NCBI GenBank assembly: GCA_900617105.1
Contig: UYFQ01000032.1
Coordinates: 248,001-312,000 of the forward strand
Reading direction: 5' to 3'
DNA from: Hydrurus foetidus
Taxonomy: Eukaryota
Length of the DNA: 64,000 nt
The position numbers and the translations under genes were made by a program. The notes under the pieces are model-generated. The model was not told the origin of the DNA. It was given only the letters and a program-made list of their open reading frames with translations, and made no database searches. This document shows, one piece after another, positions 38,928-48,178 of the stretch. Numbering within the stretch: the stretch's first letter is position 1; each line of letters opens with the position of its first letter.

Positions 38928-41900
38928 ATGTCCATTCACGCTGCGCTGAGCCACATCACCCACTACACCTACGACCGATTGGTCAACCTGGGGCCACAGG
39001 TTGTACGTCTGCGCCCTGCTCCCCATTGCCGCAGCAACATCATTTCGTATTCGCTGAAGATCGAGCCCGCTCAGCACTTCGTCAACTGGCAGCAAGACCC
39101 GTTTGCCAACTACCAAGCGCGTTTAGTGTTCCCCGAGAAGGTCAGAGAATTCAAGGTGACGGTGGATTTGGTCGTCGAAATGGCGGTTTACAACCCGTTT
39201 GACTTCTTTTTAGAGCCCAAAGCGGAAAACTTCCCCTTCAAATACGAGGCAGAAGCTGCGGTTGAGCTGGCCCCGTACCTCTCGACAGAGTCGGTGACAC
39301 CCCTGGTTGCCGCTTACCTGAAGAAGATCGACCTGACCGAAAAGCGCACCATCGACTTTTTGGTGGGACTGAACCAAATGCTGCAAGGCGACATCAGCTA
39401 CACCATCCGCATGGAGCCCGGTGTGCAAACGCCGGAAGAAACGCTGACGCTGGGTTCCGGCTCGTGCCGCGACACCGGCTGGCTCTTGGTTCAATTGTTC
39501 CGCCACCTGGGTCTGGCCGCACGCTTTGTGTCGGGCTACCTGATTCAGCTCAAATCCGATGTGAAATCACTCGACGGCCCCAGCGGCACCGAAGTGGATT
39601 TCACCGATTTGCACGCCTGGTGCGAAGTCTATTTGCCCGGCGCGGGCTGGGTCGGTCTTGACCCCACCTCGGGCCTGATGGCCGGTGAAGGCCATATCCC
39701 CCTCGCTTGCACGCCCTTGCCCTCGGGCGCGGCCCCGATCGAAGGCGGTATGGACGAGTGCGAAGTCGAGTTCAGCCACCACATGGGCGTGACCCGCATT
39801 TACGAGTCACCCCGCGTGACCAAACCCTACACCGAAGAGCAATGGGCTGACGTGATGGTGCTGGGCGACAAGGTAGACGCTGAACTGGTGGCCGGCGACG
39901 TGCGTCTGACGATGGGTGGCGAGCCTACCTTCGTCGCCACCAGCGACCGTGACGCTGCCGAATGGAACACCGATGCCCTCGGCCCCACCAAGCGCGGCTA
40001 CGCCACCGAGTTGACACAAAAATTGCGCGACAAGTACGGCAAAGGCGGCTTCCTGCACTTTGGTCAAGGCAAGTGGTACCCCGGCGAACAACTGCCACGC
40101 TGGGCGCTGAGCATTTACTGGCGTGCCGACGGTCAGCCCTCATGGAAAGACCCCACGCTGTTCGCCGACGAGCGCGAGCCGTCGTACTACACCAGCGCGG
40201 ATGCCAAACGCTTCACCGAGCATTTGGCCAGCAAACTCAAAGTTTCCACCAAGCACATTGAAGCCGGTTACGAAGACGTGTGGTACTACCTGTGGCGCGA
40301 GCGCCGCTTGCCCGTCAACGTAGACCCGTTTGATTCGCGCTTGGACGACGAAATGGAACGCGCCCGCCTGCGCCGCGTTTTCGAGCAAAAGTTAGATTCC
40401 GTGGTGGGCTATGTGCTGCCACTGGAAGCCGTCGAAAGCACCAACTCAGCAGCCCCAGGTGCTGGGCAACCAGCCCTGACCGGGCCGGTGTGGCGTACCG
40501 GCCCCTGGTTCCTGCGTGACGAGCGCATGTACCTGATGCCCGGCGATTCCCCCATGGGCTACCGCCTGCCGCTGGACTCACAGCCCTGGGTCAGCAAGGC
40601 CGATTACCCCTATTTGGTCGAGCGTGACCCCAGCACCATCTGGGGTGATTTGCCCGCCGCTACAGCGATGGCCGCACGCTACGCGCCTATTTTCCCCACG
40701 CAAGCGCCTCGGCCTCCGATGGCCACCATGTCGCCCGCCGCCAAAATCGCCGAATTGCGCCGCCCCGGCTTCATGGCAAATGTCAGCGTGCCCAACGAAG
40801 CGATTCGCTTGATGCAAGGGGATTTGCAACGCCACCCCAGCATTGCAGCAGCAACAGCGGCCACCAGTGCCACAGCACAGTCGGGGAACCTCAGTGGCAA
40901 GTTCGGTGACGTCAGCACCAACGCCCAGGCCAGCACGCAAGCTGAGCCCGCCGTCTACGCCCAAGCAGCACCCAAAGCGTTCGAGTCCGCCCAAGGCATC
41001 ACCCGCACCGCCTTGTCGGTGGAAGTGCGTGACCCTCGCCGCTCCAGTGGCCCGAAAAGCGAATTCAGCACCTCGGCCGCCGATGCCATCACCGGCAAGC
41101 CCGGCGTACTCTACGTCTTCATGCCCCCGCTAGCCCGGCTGGACGACTACCTCGACTTGCTGGCCGCTGTCGAGGCCAGCGCCAAAGAAACCCATCTGAA
41201 AATCGTGCTGGAAGGCTACCCGCCCCCACGCGACCCGCGCCTGAAGCTGTTGGCCGTGACACCTGACCCCGGTGTGATCGAGGTCAACATCCACCCCGCG
41301 AGCAGCTGGAAAGAGCTGGTAGAAAACACCGAATTTCTCTACCAAACTGCGTTCGAAACGCGCTTGTCGGCCGAAAAGTTCATGACCGATGGCCGCCACA
41401 CCGGCACCGGCGGCGGCAACCACTTTGTGATGGGCGGGGCCACGCCGTCTGACAGCCCTTTCCTGCGCAAGCCGGAGTTGCTCGCCAGCCTGCTGAAATA
41501 CTGGCACAACCACCCGTCACTCAGCTACCTGTTCTCGGGCATGTTCATCGGCCCCACCAGCCAAGCGCCACGTGTGGACGAAGCCCGTAATGACCAGCTC
41601 TACGAGTTGGAAATCGCCATCGAGCAAATCTACAAGAACCGCGAAAAATACGGCGTAGACATGCCGCCGTGGCTGGTAGACCGCACGCTGCGCAACATCC
41701 TGGTTGACGTGACCGGCAACACCCACCGCAGCGAGTTCTGTATCGACAAGATGTACTCGCCTGACAGCGCCACAGGTCGCCTGGGTCTGCTGGAGCTGCG
41801 GGCCTTCGAGATGCCGCCCCACGCCCGCATGAGCATTGCCCAGCAGCTGCTGATCCGTGCGCTGGTCGCTCGCTTCTGGAAGTCCTCATACACCGCCCCC

Positions 41901-42593
41901 ATCACCCGCTGGGGCACCGAGTTGCATGACAGGTTCTTGCTGCCCACGTTCATCAAAATGGACTTTGAGGACGTGATCACGGAGATGAACCAAAGCGGCT
42001 ACGCCTTCGACCAAAGCTGGTTCGCACCGCATTTGGAATTCCGCTTCCCCATCGTCGGCCAAGTCAAATCGCACGGCATCGAACTCACGCTGCGCAACGC
42101 CTTGGAGCCTTGGCATGTGATGGGCGAAGAAGGCTCATCAGGCGGCACTGCACGCTACGTGGATTCGTCCCTGGAACGCATTGAAGTGCGCGTGACCGGC
42201 CTGAACCAAAGCCGCTACGTCGTCACAGTGAACGGCCAAGCGTTGCCACTGCAACCCACTGGCACCACGGGTGAATACGTGTCCGGCGTGCGCTACCGCG
42301 CCTGGAACCCACCGAGTGCGCTGCACCCCACGATCGGCGTCCACGCCCCATTGACGTTCGACATCGTGGACACTTGGATGAAGCATTCCCTGGGCGGCTG
42401 CCAGTATTACGTGGCCCACCCCGGCGGCCTCAGCTACGACTCCTTCCCCGTCAACAGCTACGAGGCCGAAAGCCGCCGCCTGTCCCGCTTCCTGCGCATG
42501 AACCACACACCCGGCAAGATGCAAGTGCCGCCAGCGACGATCAACGTGCCAGGTAGCCGGGAATTTCCGTTCACGTTGGATTTACGTCGGTAG
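38928..42593 (+). CDS. Transglutaminase-like domain fused to DUF2126 putative amidoligase
   Basis: GSCRD, HAWCEVY and LDPT triad; GGEPTF, TPDPGVIEVN, GTGGGNH, HRSEFCIDK and ELRAFEMPPH motifs. Confidence 0.92.
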   Translation: MSIHAALSHITHYTYDRLVNLGPQVVRLRPAPHCRSNIISYSLKIEPAQHFVNWQQDPFANYQARLVFPEKVREFKVTVDLVVEMAVYNPFDFFLEPKAENFPFKYEAEAAVELAPYLSTESVTPLVAAYLKKIDLTEKRTIDFLVGLNQMLQGDISYTIRMEPGVQTPEETLTLGSGSCRDTGWLLVQLFRHLGLAARFVSGYLIQLKSDVKSLDGPSGTEVDFTDLHAWCEVYLPGAGWVGLDPTSGLMAGEGHIPLACTPLPSGAAPIEGGMDECEVEFSHHMGVTRIYESPRVTKPYTEEQWADVMVLGDKVDAELVAGDVRLTMGGEPTFVATSDRDAAEWNTDALGPTKRGYATELTQKLRDKYGKGGFLHFGQGKWYPGEQLPRWALSIYWRADGQPSWKDPTLFADEREPSYYTSADAKRFTEHLASKLKVSTKHIEAGYEDVWYYLWRERRLPVNVDPFDSRLDDEMERARLRRVFEQKLDSVVGYVLPLEAVESTNSAAPGAGQPALTGPVWRTGPWFLRDERMYLMPGDSPMGYRLPLDSQPWVSKADYPYLVERDPSTIWGDLPAATAMAARYAPIFPTQAPRPPMATMSPAAKIAELRRPGFMANVSVPNEAIRLMQGDLQRHPSIAAATAATSATAQSGNLSGKFGDVSTNAQASTQAEPAVYAQAAPKAFESAQGITRTALSVEVRDPRRSSGPKSEFSTSAADAITGKPGVLYVFMPPLARLDDYLDLLAAVEASAKETHLKIVLEGYPPPRDPRLKLLAVTPDPGVIEVNIHPASSWKELVENTEFLYQTAFETRLSAEKFMTDGRHTGTGGGNHFVMGGATPSDSPFLRKPELLASLLKYWHNHPSLSYLFSGMFIGPTSQAPRVDEARNDQLYELEIAIEQIYKNREKYGVDMPPWLVDRTLRNILVDVTGNTHRSEFCIDKMYSPDSATGRLGLLELRAFEMPPHARMSIAQQLLIRALVARFWKSSYTAPITRWGTELHDRFLLPTFIKMDFEDVITEMNQSGYAFDQSWFAPHLEFRFPIVGQVKSHGIELTLRNALEPWHVMGEEGSSGGTARYVDSSLERIEVRVTGLNQSRYVVTVNGQALPLQPTGTTGEYVSGVRYRAWNPPSALHPTIGVHAPLTFDIVDTWMKHSLGGCQYYVAHPGGLSYDSFPVNSYEAESRRLSRFLRMNHTPGKMQVPPATINVPGSREFPFTLDLRR

Positions 42594-42646
42594 AAATCAT
42601 CGCCAAGGTTTAAACTGAAAATCAGAACAGCCTAAAAGATTACCTC

Positions 42647-42889
42647 ATGCAACACCTCTCTATCAGCGAAGTTCGCCGCACACTGCCTACCCTGGCTCAA
42701 ACGATGGGTGCGTTCACACTCACCCACCGTGGGCATGACGTTGCCACCGTGCACATGACAACGCCTTCTCGCTTTGACCCTGTGCGTGCCAAATTAGCCG
42801 GTGCGCGGATTGCAGCCATCGCAGCCCGAGCAACCTTTGGCAAAACGGGCGGTACCCACATCATTCGCCAACTGCGCGATGGTGCGTAA
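42647..42889 (+). CDS. Phd/YefM-like antitoxin
   Basis: 80 aa; LSISEVRRTLPTL...FTLTHRGHDVA pattern; overlaps a PIN toxin gene. Confidence 0.7.
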   Translation: MQHLSISEVRRTLPTLAQTMGAFTLTHRGHDVATVHMTTPSRFDPVRAKLAGARIAAIAARATFGKTGGTHIIRQLRDGA

Positions 42890-43307
42890 TCAAATTGTGC
42901 TGGATTCGGGTTTCGCACTCGAATCCATCATGCCCACCACACGACAAACTCAAGATGATGCTTTAGCGGTGATGGCCGCCTTGGCCAATGGCTCATTGAG
43001 CGCCATTGTTCCTTGGTTGTTTTACGCCGAAATTGCCGCTGGCTGCGCCAAAGGTGTCAGGGGCAGGCGGCTTGATGCAGAAGTTGCCGTGGAATTCATG
43101 CAAGAGCTGCCTTTTCTGGCAATTGAAACAGACGGGCGTACCGCCACAGCCGAACAGCTGTATCGCGATGCCATGCACACCGGAGCGCAAGCCTACGACA
43201 GCATCTACCTGATGTTGGCCGTTTCTATGGGTTTACCTGTCGCGACTCTGGACAAGGGAATGCAAACAGCCGTGCGTGCTATGCGACTGACACTGTTCAA
43301 TGCCTAA
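42879..43307 (+). CDS. VapC/PIN-domain toxin
   Basis: IVLDSG, YAE, AYDSIY and VATLD acidic PIN motifs. Confidence 0.8.
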   Translation: MVRNQIVLDSGFALESIMPTTRQTQDDALAVMAALANGSLSAIVPWLFYAEIAAGCAKGVRGRRLDAEVAVEFMQELPFLAIETDGRTATAEQLYRDAMHTGAQAYDSIYLMLAVSMGLPVATLDKGMQTAVRAMRLTLFNA

Positions 43308-43334
43308 GTGAACGTCAGGCGACCCTGCGCAACA

Positions 43335-43838
43335 TTACCCCAGACTGGCACCCCCACCCGGTGCCACGTCTGGAGGCTTGGCGGGCACCAAGCGCTCCAG
43401 AGGTACGGCCAAATACCCTGCGGCTTTCTCTGCGGGCAGGCCGTAGGTCAGCGTGAAACCTGAATTGCCCGTACCGCCAGCACCTCCCGCGCCGCCTGTG
43501 GCATCCCGTGCCACGCCACTCACGGGGCTGAGGGGCGCAAACACCAAGTTAAAGGTACGCCCATCGCTGCACGCCATATCGACCACACCGCTGCTGGTGG
43601 CGGTGTAGCGCAGACGGCCAAAGCAGCTGAGGTTCGGTGCCTCAGCCGCACTGGTTTGCAGCTGGAGCGTGGCTTCGCGTTCGCGGGCAAAGTTAGCTTC
43701 ACCACGCAAAATTCGCCCATCCACCAGCGCAATCACATCCGCATTTGACGACAGCCATCCGGTAGTTTTTTCAGTCACGGTGGCGCATCCTGCGGCCAAC
43801 AGCATGGTAAATACCATCATAAAAAAAGAAATTTTCAC
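43335..43838 (-). CDS. Hypothetical lipoprotein
   Basis: GTG start after GAGGGG; hydrophobic leader with lipobox-like LAAGC; two further cysteines. Confidence 0.7.
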   Translation of the reverse strand: MKISFFMMVFTMLLAAGCATVTEKTTGWLSSNADVIALVDGRILRGEANFAREREATLQLQTSAAEAPNLSCFGRLRYTATSSGVVDMACSDGRTFNLVFAPLSPVSGVARDATGGAGGAGGTGNSGFTLTYGLPAEKAAGYLAVPLERLVPAKPPDVAPGGGASLG

Positions 43839-44010
43839 CCTATTCCCCTCATAGCAATACCCCTCATTACAACGCCTACTGTGGTTTTTTAAGTTGATAA
43901 CAACAGGTGAATACATGCCCAAAAGAAAGGGCAAAAGCGTAAGTTCACTTCAACGCTTAAATTTCCAGACACCTCAAAATGCATCCCTTGTAATGTGACA
44001 ATCCGTCACA

Positions 44011-46686
44011 GTGGAAAAATCGAACACCAGCCCGCTTAACGGGCCACCTCAGACAACAACCGACAATTGGGCCGTGGCAGCAGCCGTGCCCGCAGCGCGT
44101 GGGCATTTTGACGAACTGCGGGGGCGCACAGTAAGCAGTCCGCCTTCTGGTACGGTCAACGATACATCTCTGCGGGCCGCCAAAGAAGCCCCCGTGCTGC
44201 CGCACTGGGCGGATTTCTTTGGTCATTTGGGCACCGAACCTGCCGAAGAGCTGAACCGCCGCACTGAAAGCTTGCGGCGGCAAATCCGCGATAACGGCAT
44301 CACCTACAACGTCTATGCCGATCCAGATCAACCCCAACGGCCTTGGGCACTGGATTTGTTTCCGCTGATCGTCTCGCCAGAAAGCTGGAGCCAAATTGAA
44401 GCTGGCGTGAAGCAACGGGTGCGGGTACTCGACCGACTTATGGCCGATGTCTACGGCCCACAGCAGCTGCTGACCCAGGGCTTGGTGCCACCCGCTCTGG
44501 TGCAAGGCCACCCCGGCTACCTGCGTGCAGCCCACGGCCTGCTGCCCCCTGACAGCACCCATCTGCACATTGCGGCTTTCGATTTGGCACGCGGGCCGGA
44601 TGGCAACTGGTGGGTGGTCTCACAGCGCACACAAGCGCCGTCGGGTCTGGGGTATTTGATGGAAAACCGCATTTCCATCTCACGCCTGTTCCCCGAGAGT
44701 TTCACCGGCATGAAGGTGCAGCGGCTGGCCTCCACCTACCGTGCATTGGTAGACAACCTCAAACAGATGAGTCCGGCGGGCAAAGATGCCCACATCGCCC
44801 TGCTGACCCCCGGCCCGTACAGCGAAACCTATTTTGAACACGCCTACTTGGCCCGCTATTTGGGGCTGACGCTGGTGGAAGGCAACGACCTCACCGTGCG
44901 CAACCAGCATGTCTACCTGAAGACGCTACGGGGCTTGCAACCCGTGCATGGCCTGTTGAAACGGCTGGACGACGAATTTTTAGACCCCCTGGAGCTGCGC
45001 TCAGATTCGCGCCTGGGCGTGCCCGGTCTGCTGCAAGCCATACGCGCGGGTAACGTGCTGGTGGCCAACGCGCCCGGCTCGGCGTTTTTAGAGTCTCCGG
45101 CTTTGCTGGGCTTTTTACCAGCGCTATCACAGCATTTACTGGGTGAAGACCTCAAGCTACCCTCTTTGCCCACCTGGTGGTGCGGTGAACGGGCGGCGAT
45201 GGAAAACGCTTTGCCCGCGTTGAACAACAGCGTGGTCAAGCCCACCTACCCCGGATCAGCGGCGTTCAGCAGCTTTGAAGCGGTGCTGGGGCGCTCACTC
45301 TCGCAGCGCGAGTTGGACGAATGGTCAGGCCGCGTGGTGCGTCAGGCCGATGAATACACCTTGCAAAACTACATGCCCTTGTCGCAAATGCCGACATGGA
45401 ACGGGCGCGTTGAGCAGCCACAGTTGCTGCCACGTTCCATGATGTTGCGGGTGTTTGCAGTATCCGACGGCCCGCAGTCATGGCGTGTGTTGCCCGGCGG
45501 GCTGGCGCGCATGGTGGGTGCCAATTCAGAGATTGCATCGATGCAGCGCGGCGGCAGCAGTGCGGATGTGTGGGTGGTGGCGGACTTTCAAAATGGGGTC
45601 GAAGTCGATCAATCTACCCTGTTGCAGGACAAGCTTTCACCCGCCACCGTGGCACAGCGCAAGCGTGTGGTGACGAGCCGTGCGGCTGAAAATTTATTCT
45701 GGCTGGGCCGCTACACCGAACGCGCAGAAAATACGGTGCGCTTGGCCCAGTTGACGCTGGAAAGCTTGCAAGGCGAGCACCAATCGTCACCGCCGTTGAT
45801 GCAATGGCTGAGCCAGATGGCCGTGGCCCACGGCTTGGTGCGGCCAGCGGTGCCGGGCGCATTGGCGGCGAGGCGGGTGTTCGAGCGTTCGCTGATTGCT
45901 GGCTTAGGCGCTGACAACATGGCGTCCAGCGTGGGGTACAACCTGCGGGCGATCAAGGGCGCAGCGTTTTCGGTGCGCGAGCGCTTGTCACCGGCACAGT
46001 GGCGCATCATCACGCAGGCGGAGCAAGAGTTCGCCCAGCGTTGCGAAGAGCAAACCGAGCAAGGGGACTATTCCTCACTGGATGCCCAACGCCTGTTGGG
46101 CACGGCCAGCGCCCATTTGGCCGCGATGACGGGTGCGCAAACTGACCGCATGACGCGCGACGACGGCTGGCGCTTGCTCAGCATTGGCCGCCATATCGAG
46201 CGTTTGTCCTTTTTGGCGGACGCACTGGGCACTGGTTTGACCAGCAAGGCGATCCATACCGAAGGCGGTTTCGATGCCTTGATTGCGCTGTTCGACAGCA
46301 CCATCACCTTTCGTGCGCAGTACCAGCAAAGCCACGATTTGATCGCGCTGCTGGACTTGCTGGTGCTTGACCGGGACAACCCCCGCTCACTGGGGTGGGT
46401 GGTGCAAACGCTGCGAGGCCGTTTGGCCAAATTGGGCGGCAGCGCACCAGGTGAGTTGGGCGGATTGGCGTTGCAAGTACCTGATCCCGGCCTGTGGGAT
46501 TTAGCAAAACTGTGCCACCCGAGTGACGAGGCGCAAAGTAGCAGCGCCGTAACGACCACCAACAGTTATGCCCACTTAGCCGCTGTGCTGCAAAGTTGCC
46601 GTGCCTGTGCGCTACAGGTGTCGGACGACATCAGCGCCACTTATTTCACCCATTCGGGCTATGCACGCAACACCGGGGGCACATGA
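44011..46686 (+). CDS. Circularly permuted type 2 ATP-grasp fused to an alpha-E domain
   Basis: RTQAPSGLGY, ETYFEHAYLARYLG, DPLELR, LPGGLAR and SMQRGGSSADVW motifs, then LFWLGRYTERAE and IGRHIER. Confidence 0.92.
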   Translation: MEKSNTSPLNGPPQTTTDNWAVAAAVPAARGHFDELRGRTVSSPPSGTVNDTSLRAAKEAPVLPHWADFFGHLGTEPAEELNRRTESLRRQIRDNGITYNVYADPDQPQRPWALDLFPLIVSPESWSQIEAGVKQRVRVLDRLMADVYGPQQLLTQGLVPPALVQGHPGYLRAAHGLLPPDSTHLHIAAFDLARGPDGNWWVVSQRTQAPSGLGYLMENRISISRLFPESFTGMKVQRLASTYRALVDNLKQMSPAGKDAHIALLTPGPYSETYFEHAYLARYLGLTLVEGNDLTVRNQHVYLKTLRGLQPVHGLLKRLDDEFLDPLELRSDSRLGVPGLLQAIRAGNVLVANAPGSAFLESPALLGFLPALSQHLLGEDLKLPSLPTWWCGERAAMENALPALNNSVVKPTYPGSAAFSSFEAVLGRSLSQRELDEWSGRVVRQADEYTLQNYMPLSQMPTWNGRVEQPQLLPRSMMLRVFAVSDGPQSWRVLPGGLARMVGANSEIASMQRGGSSADVWVVADFQNGVEVDQSTLLQDKLSPATVAQRKRVVTSRAAENLFWLGRYTERAENTVRLAQLTLESLQGEHQSSPPLMQWLSQMAVAHGLVRPAVPGALAARRVFERSLIAGLGADNMASSVGYNLRAIKGAAFSVRERLSPAQWRIITQAEQEFAQRCEEQTEQGDYSSLDAQRLLGTASAHLAAMTGAQTDRMTRDDGWRLLSIGRHIERLSFLADALGTGLTSKAIHTEGGFDALIALFDSTITFRAQYQQSHDLIALLDLLVLDRDNPRSLGWVVQTLRGRLAKLGGSAPGELGGLALQVPDPGLWDLAKLCHPSDEAQSSSAVTTTNSYAHLAAVLQSCRACALQVSDDISATYFTHSGYARNTGGT

Positions 46687-47726
46687 TGAAGCTGCGTGTC
46701 ACCCATGAGACCCGTTACGACTACACCCCTGCCGTGGAAACGGCGCAGCATTTGGCGCATTTGCGTCCACTCACGCTAATCGGGCAACAGCTGCTGTCCC
46801 ACAGCCTGACGGTCGACCCGCAGCCCGCGTTGTTGACGGAGGCGGTGGATGTATTTGGCAATGTACGTACCTTTTTCTCTCTGCAAGCCCCGCACCGAGA
46901 GTTGACCGTGACAGCCGACAGCGTGGTCGTAACCTGCAAGCCCCAGTTGCCCGAGGACAGCACGCACTTGACGCTGTGGGAACACACCCGTGAGGCGTTT
47001 CGCTTTCACGCAGGCTCCGCCTATGACGCAGCCACTGAGTTCGTGTTCGCATCGCCTTGCATTCCTCGGCACCTTGATTTTTTAGACTATGCACGCCCCA
47101 GTTTTGGGGCCGGCGGGGCACTGCTACCTGCCATTTGCAACCTGATGGAACGTATCTATACCGAGTTCACCTACGCCTCCCAAAGCACCGAGGTGAACAC
47201 CCCCGCGCAGGTGGCGTTGAAGCAAAAAAAAGGCGTTTGCCAAGATTTTTCACACATCATGATCGCTTGCCTGCGCAGCATGAATTTGCCGGCCCGCTAC
47301 GTGAGTGGTTACTTGCTGACCGAGCCACCGGAGGGACAAGTGCGACTGGTGGGCGCGGATGCTTCGCACGCTTGGGTGTCGGCCTACATCCCCGGTTTAA
47401 ACCAAAGTCGGCGCAAAGGCTTGGACGGCCGTCCAGCTGATGGCTTTGGCGGCGGGTGGTTTGACTTTTGCCCTACCAACAACCGCTGGGGCTTTGGCTC
47501 TCCTGGGGAAGATTACGTCACACTGGCGCTGGGCCGCGATTTCTCGGATGTATCCCCCATGCGAGGCATGATCCACGGGGGGGCGAACCACCGCCTGCAT
47601 GTGGGCGTAACGGTGCAACCGCTGGAAACCGATGCAACGCCATTTCAGCCCGCCTTATCGTGGCCATTTTTACTTTCACAAACGCAGTCTCAATTCCAAC
47701 ACTCAACTTCACAGTCAAATCCATGA
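46683..47726 (+). CDS. Transglutaminase family protein with an atypical catalytic triad
   Basis: GVCQDFSH, ARYVSGYL, HAWVS and GRDFSDVSP motifs; the usual DPTN reads CPTN; Gln/Ser-rich tail. Confidence 0.9.
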   Translation: MMKLRVTHETRYDYTPAVETAQHLAHLRPLTLIGQQLLSHSLTVDPQPALLTEAVDVFGNVRTFFSLQAPHRELTVTADSVVVTCKPQLPEDSTHLTLWEHTREAFRFHAGSAYDAATEFVFASPCIPRHLDFLDYARPSFGAGGALLPAICNLMERIYTEFTYASQSTEVNTPAQVALKQKKGVCQDFSHIMIACLRSMNLPARYVSGYLLTEPPEGQVRLVGADASHAWVSAYIPGLNQSRRKGLDGRPADGFGGGWFDFCPTNNRWGFGSPGEDYVTLALGRDFSDVSPMRGMIHGGANHRLHVGVTVQPLETDATPFQPALSWPFLLSQTQSQFQHSTSQSNP

Positions 47727-48178
47727 ACATCTACGCCAAACTCACTGAACTTAACATCACCCTCCCCGCTGTCGCCACACCAGCGGCAGCCTATGTGCCT
47801 TTTGTACAAACCGGTAACTTGGTTTTTTTGAGCGGCCATATCGCCCGCAAAGATGGCAAGCCCTGGGTCGGGCAACTCGGTAAAAACATGAACACCGAAG
47901 AGGGCAAAGCCGCAGCCCACGCCATCGCCATTGAACTGATGGGCACCTTGCACGCAGCGGTGGGCGATTTGAACCGCGTCAAACGCATCGTCAAGCTGAT
48001 GAGCTTGGTGAACTCGACGGGCGACTTCACAGAGCAGCATCTGGTCACCAACGGTGCCAGCGAGCTGCTGGGCCAAGTCTTTGGTGCAGCGGGCGTTCAT
48101 GCCCGCAGTGCCTTTGGCGTGGCCCAAATTCCGATGGGTGCTTGTGTCGAAATTGAGATGATTGCAGAAATCAGCTGA
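47723..48178 (+). CDS. RidA/YjgF/UK114 family protein
   Basis: [22 protein letters not shown] and VEIE motifs; ATGA overlap with the upstream gene. Confidence 0.9.
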   Translation: MNIYAKLTELNITLPAVATPAAAYVPFVQTGNLVFLSGHIARKDGKPWVGQLGKNMNTEEGKAAAHAIAIELMGTLHAAVGDLNRVKRIVKLMSLVNSTGDFTEQHLVTNGASELLGQVFGAAGVHARSAFGVAQIPMGACVEIEMIAEIS

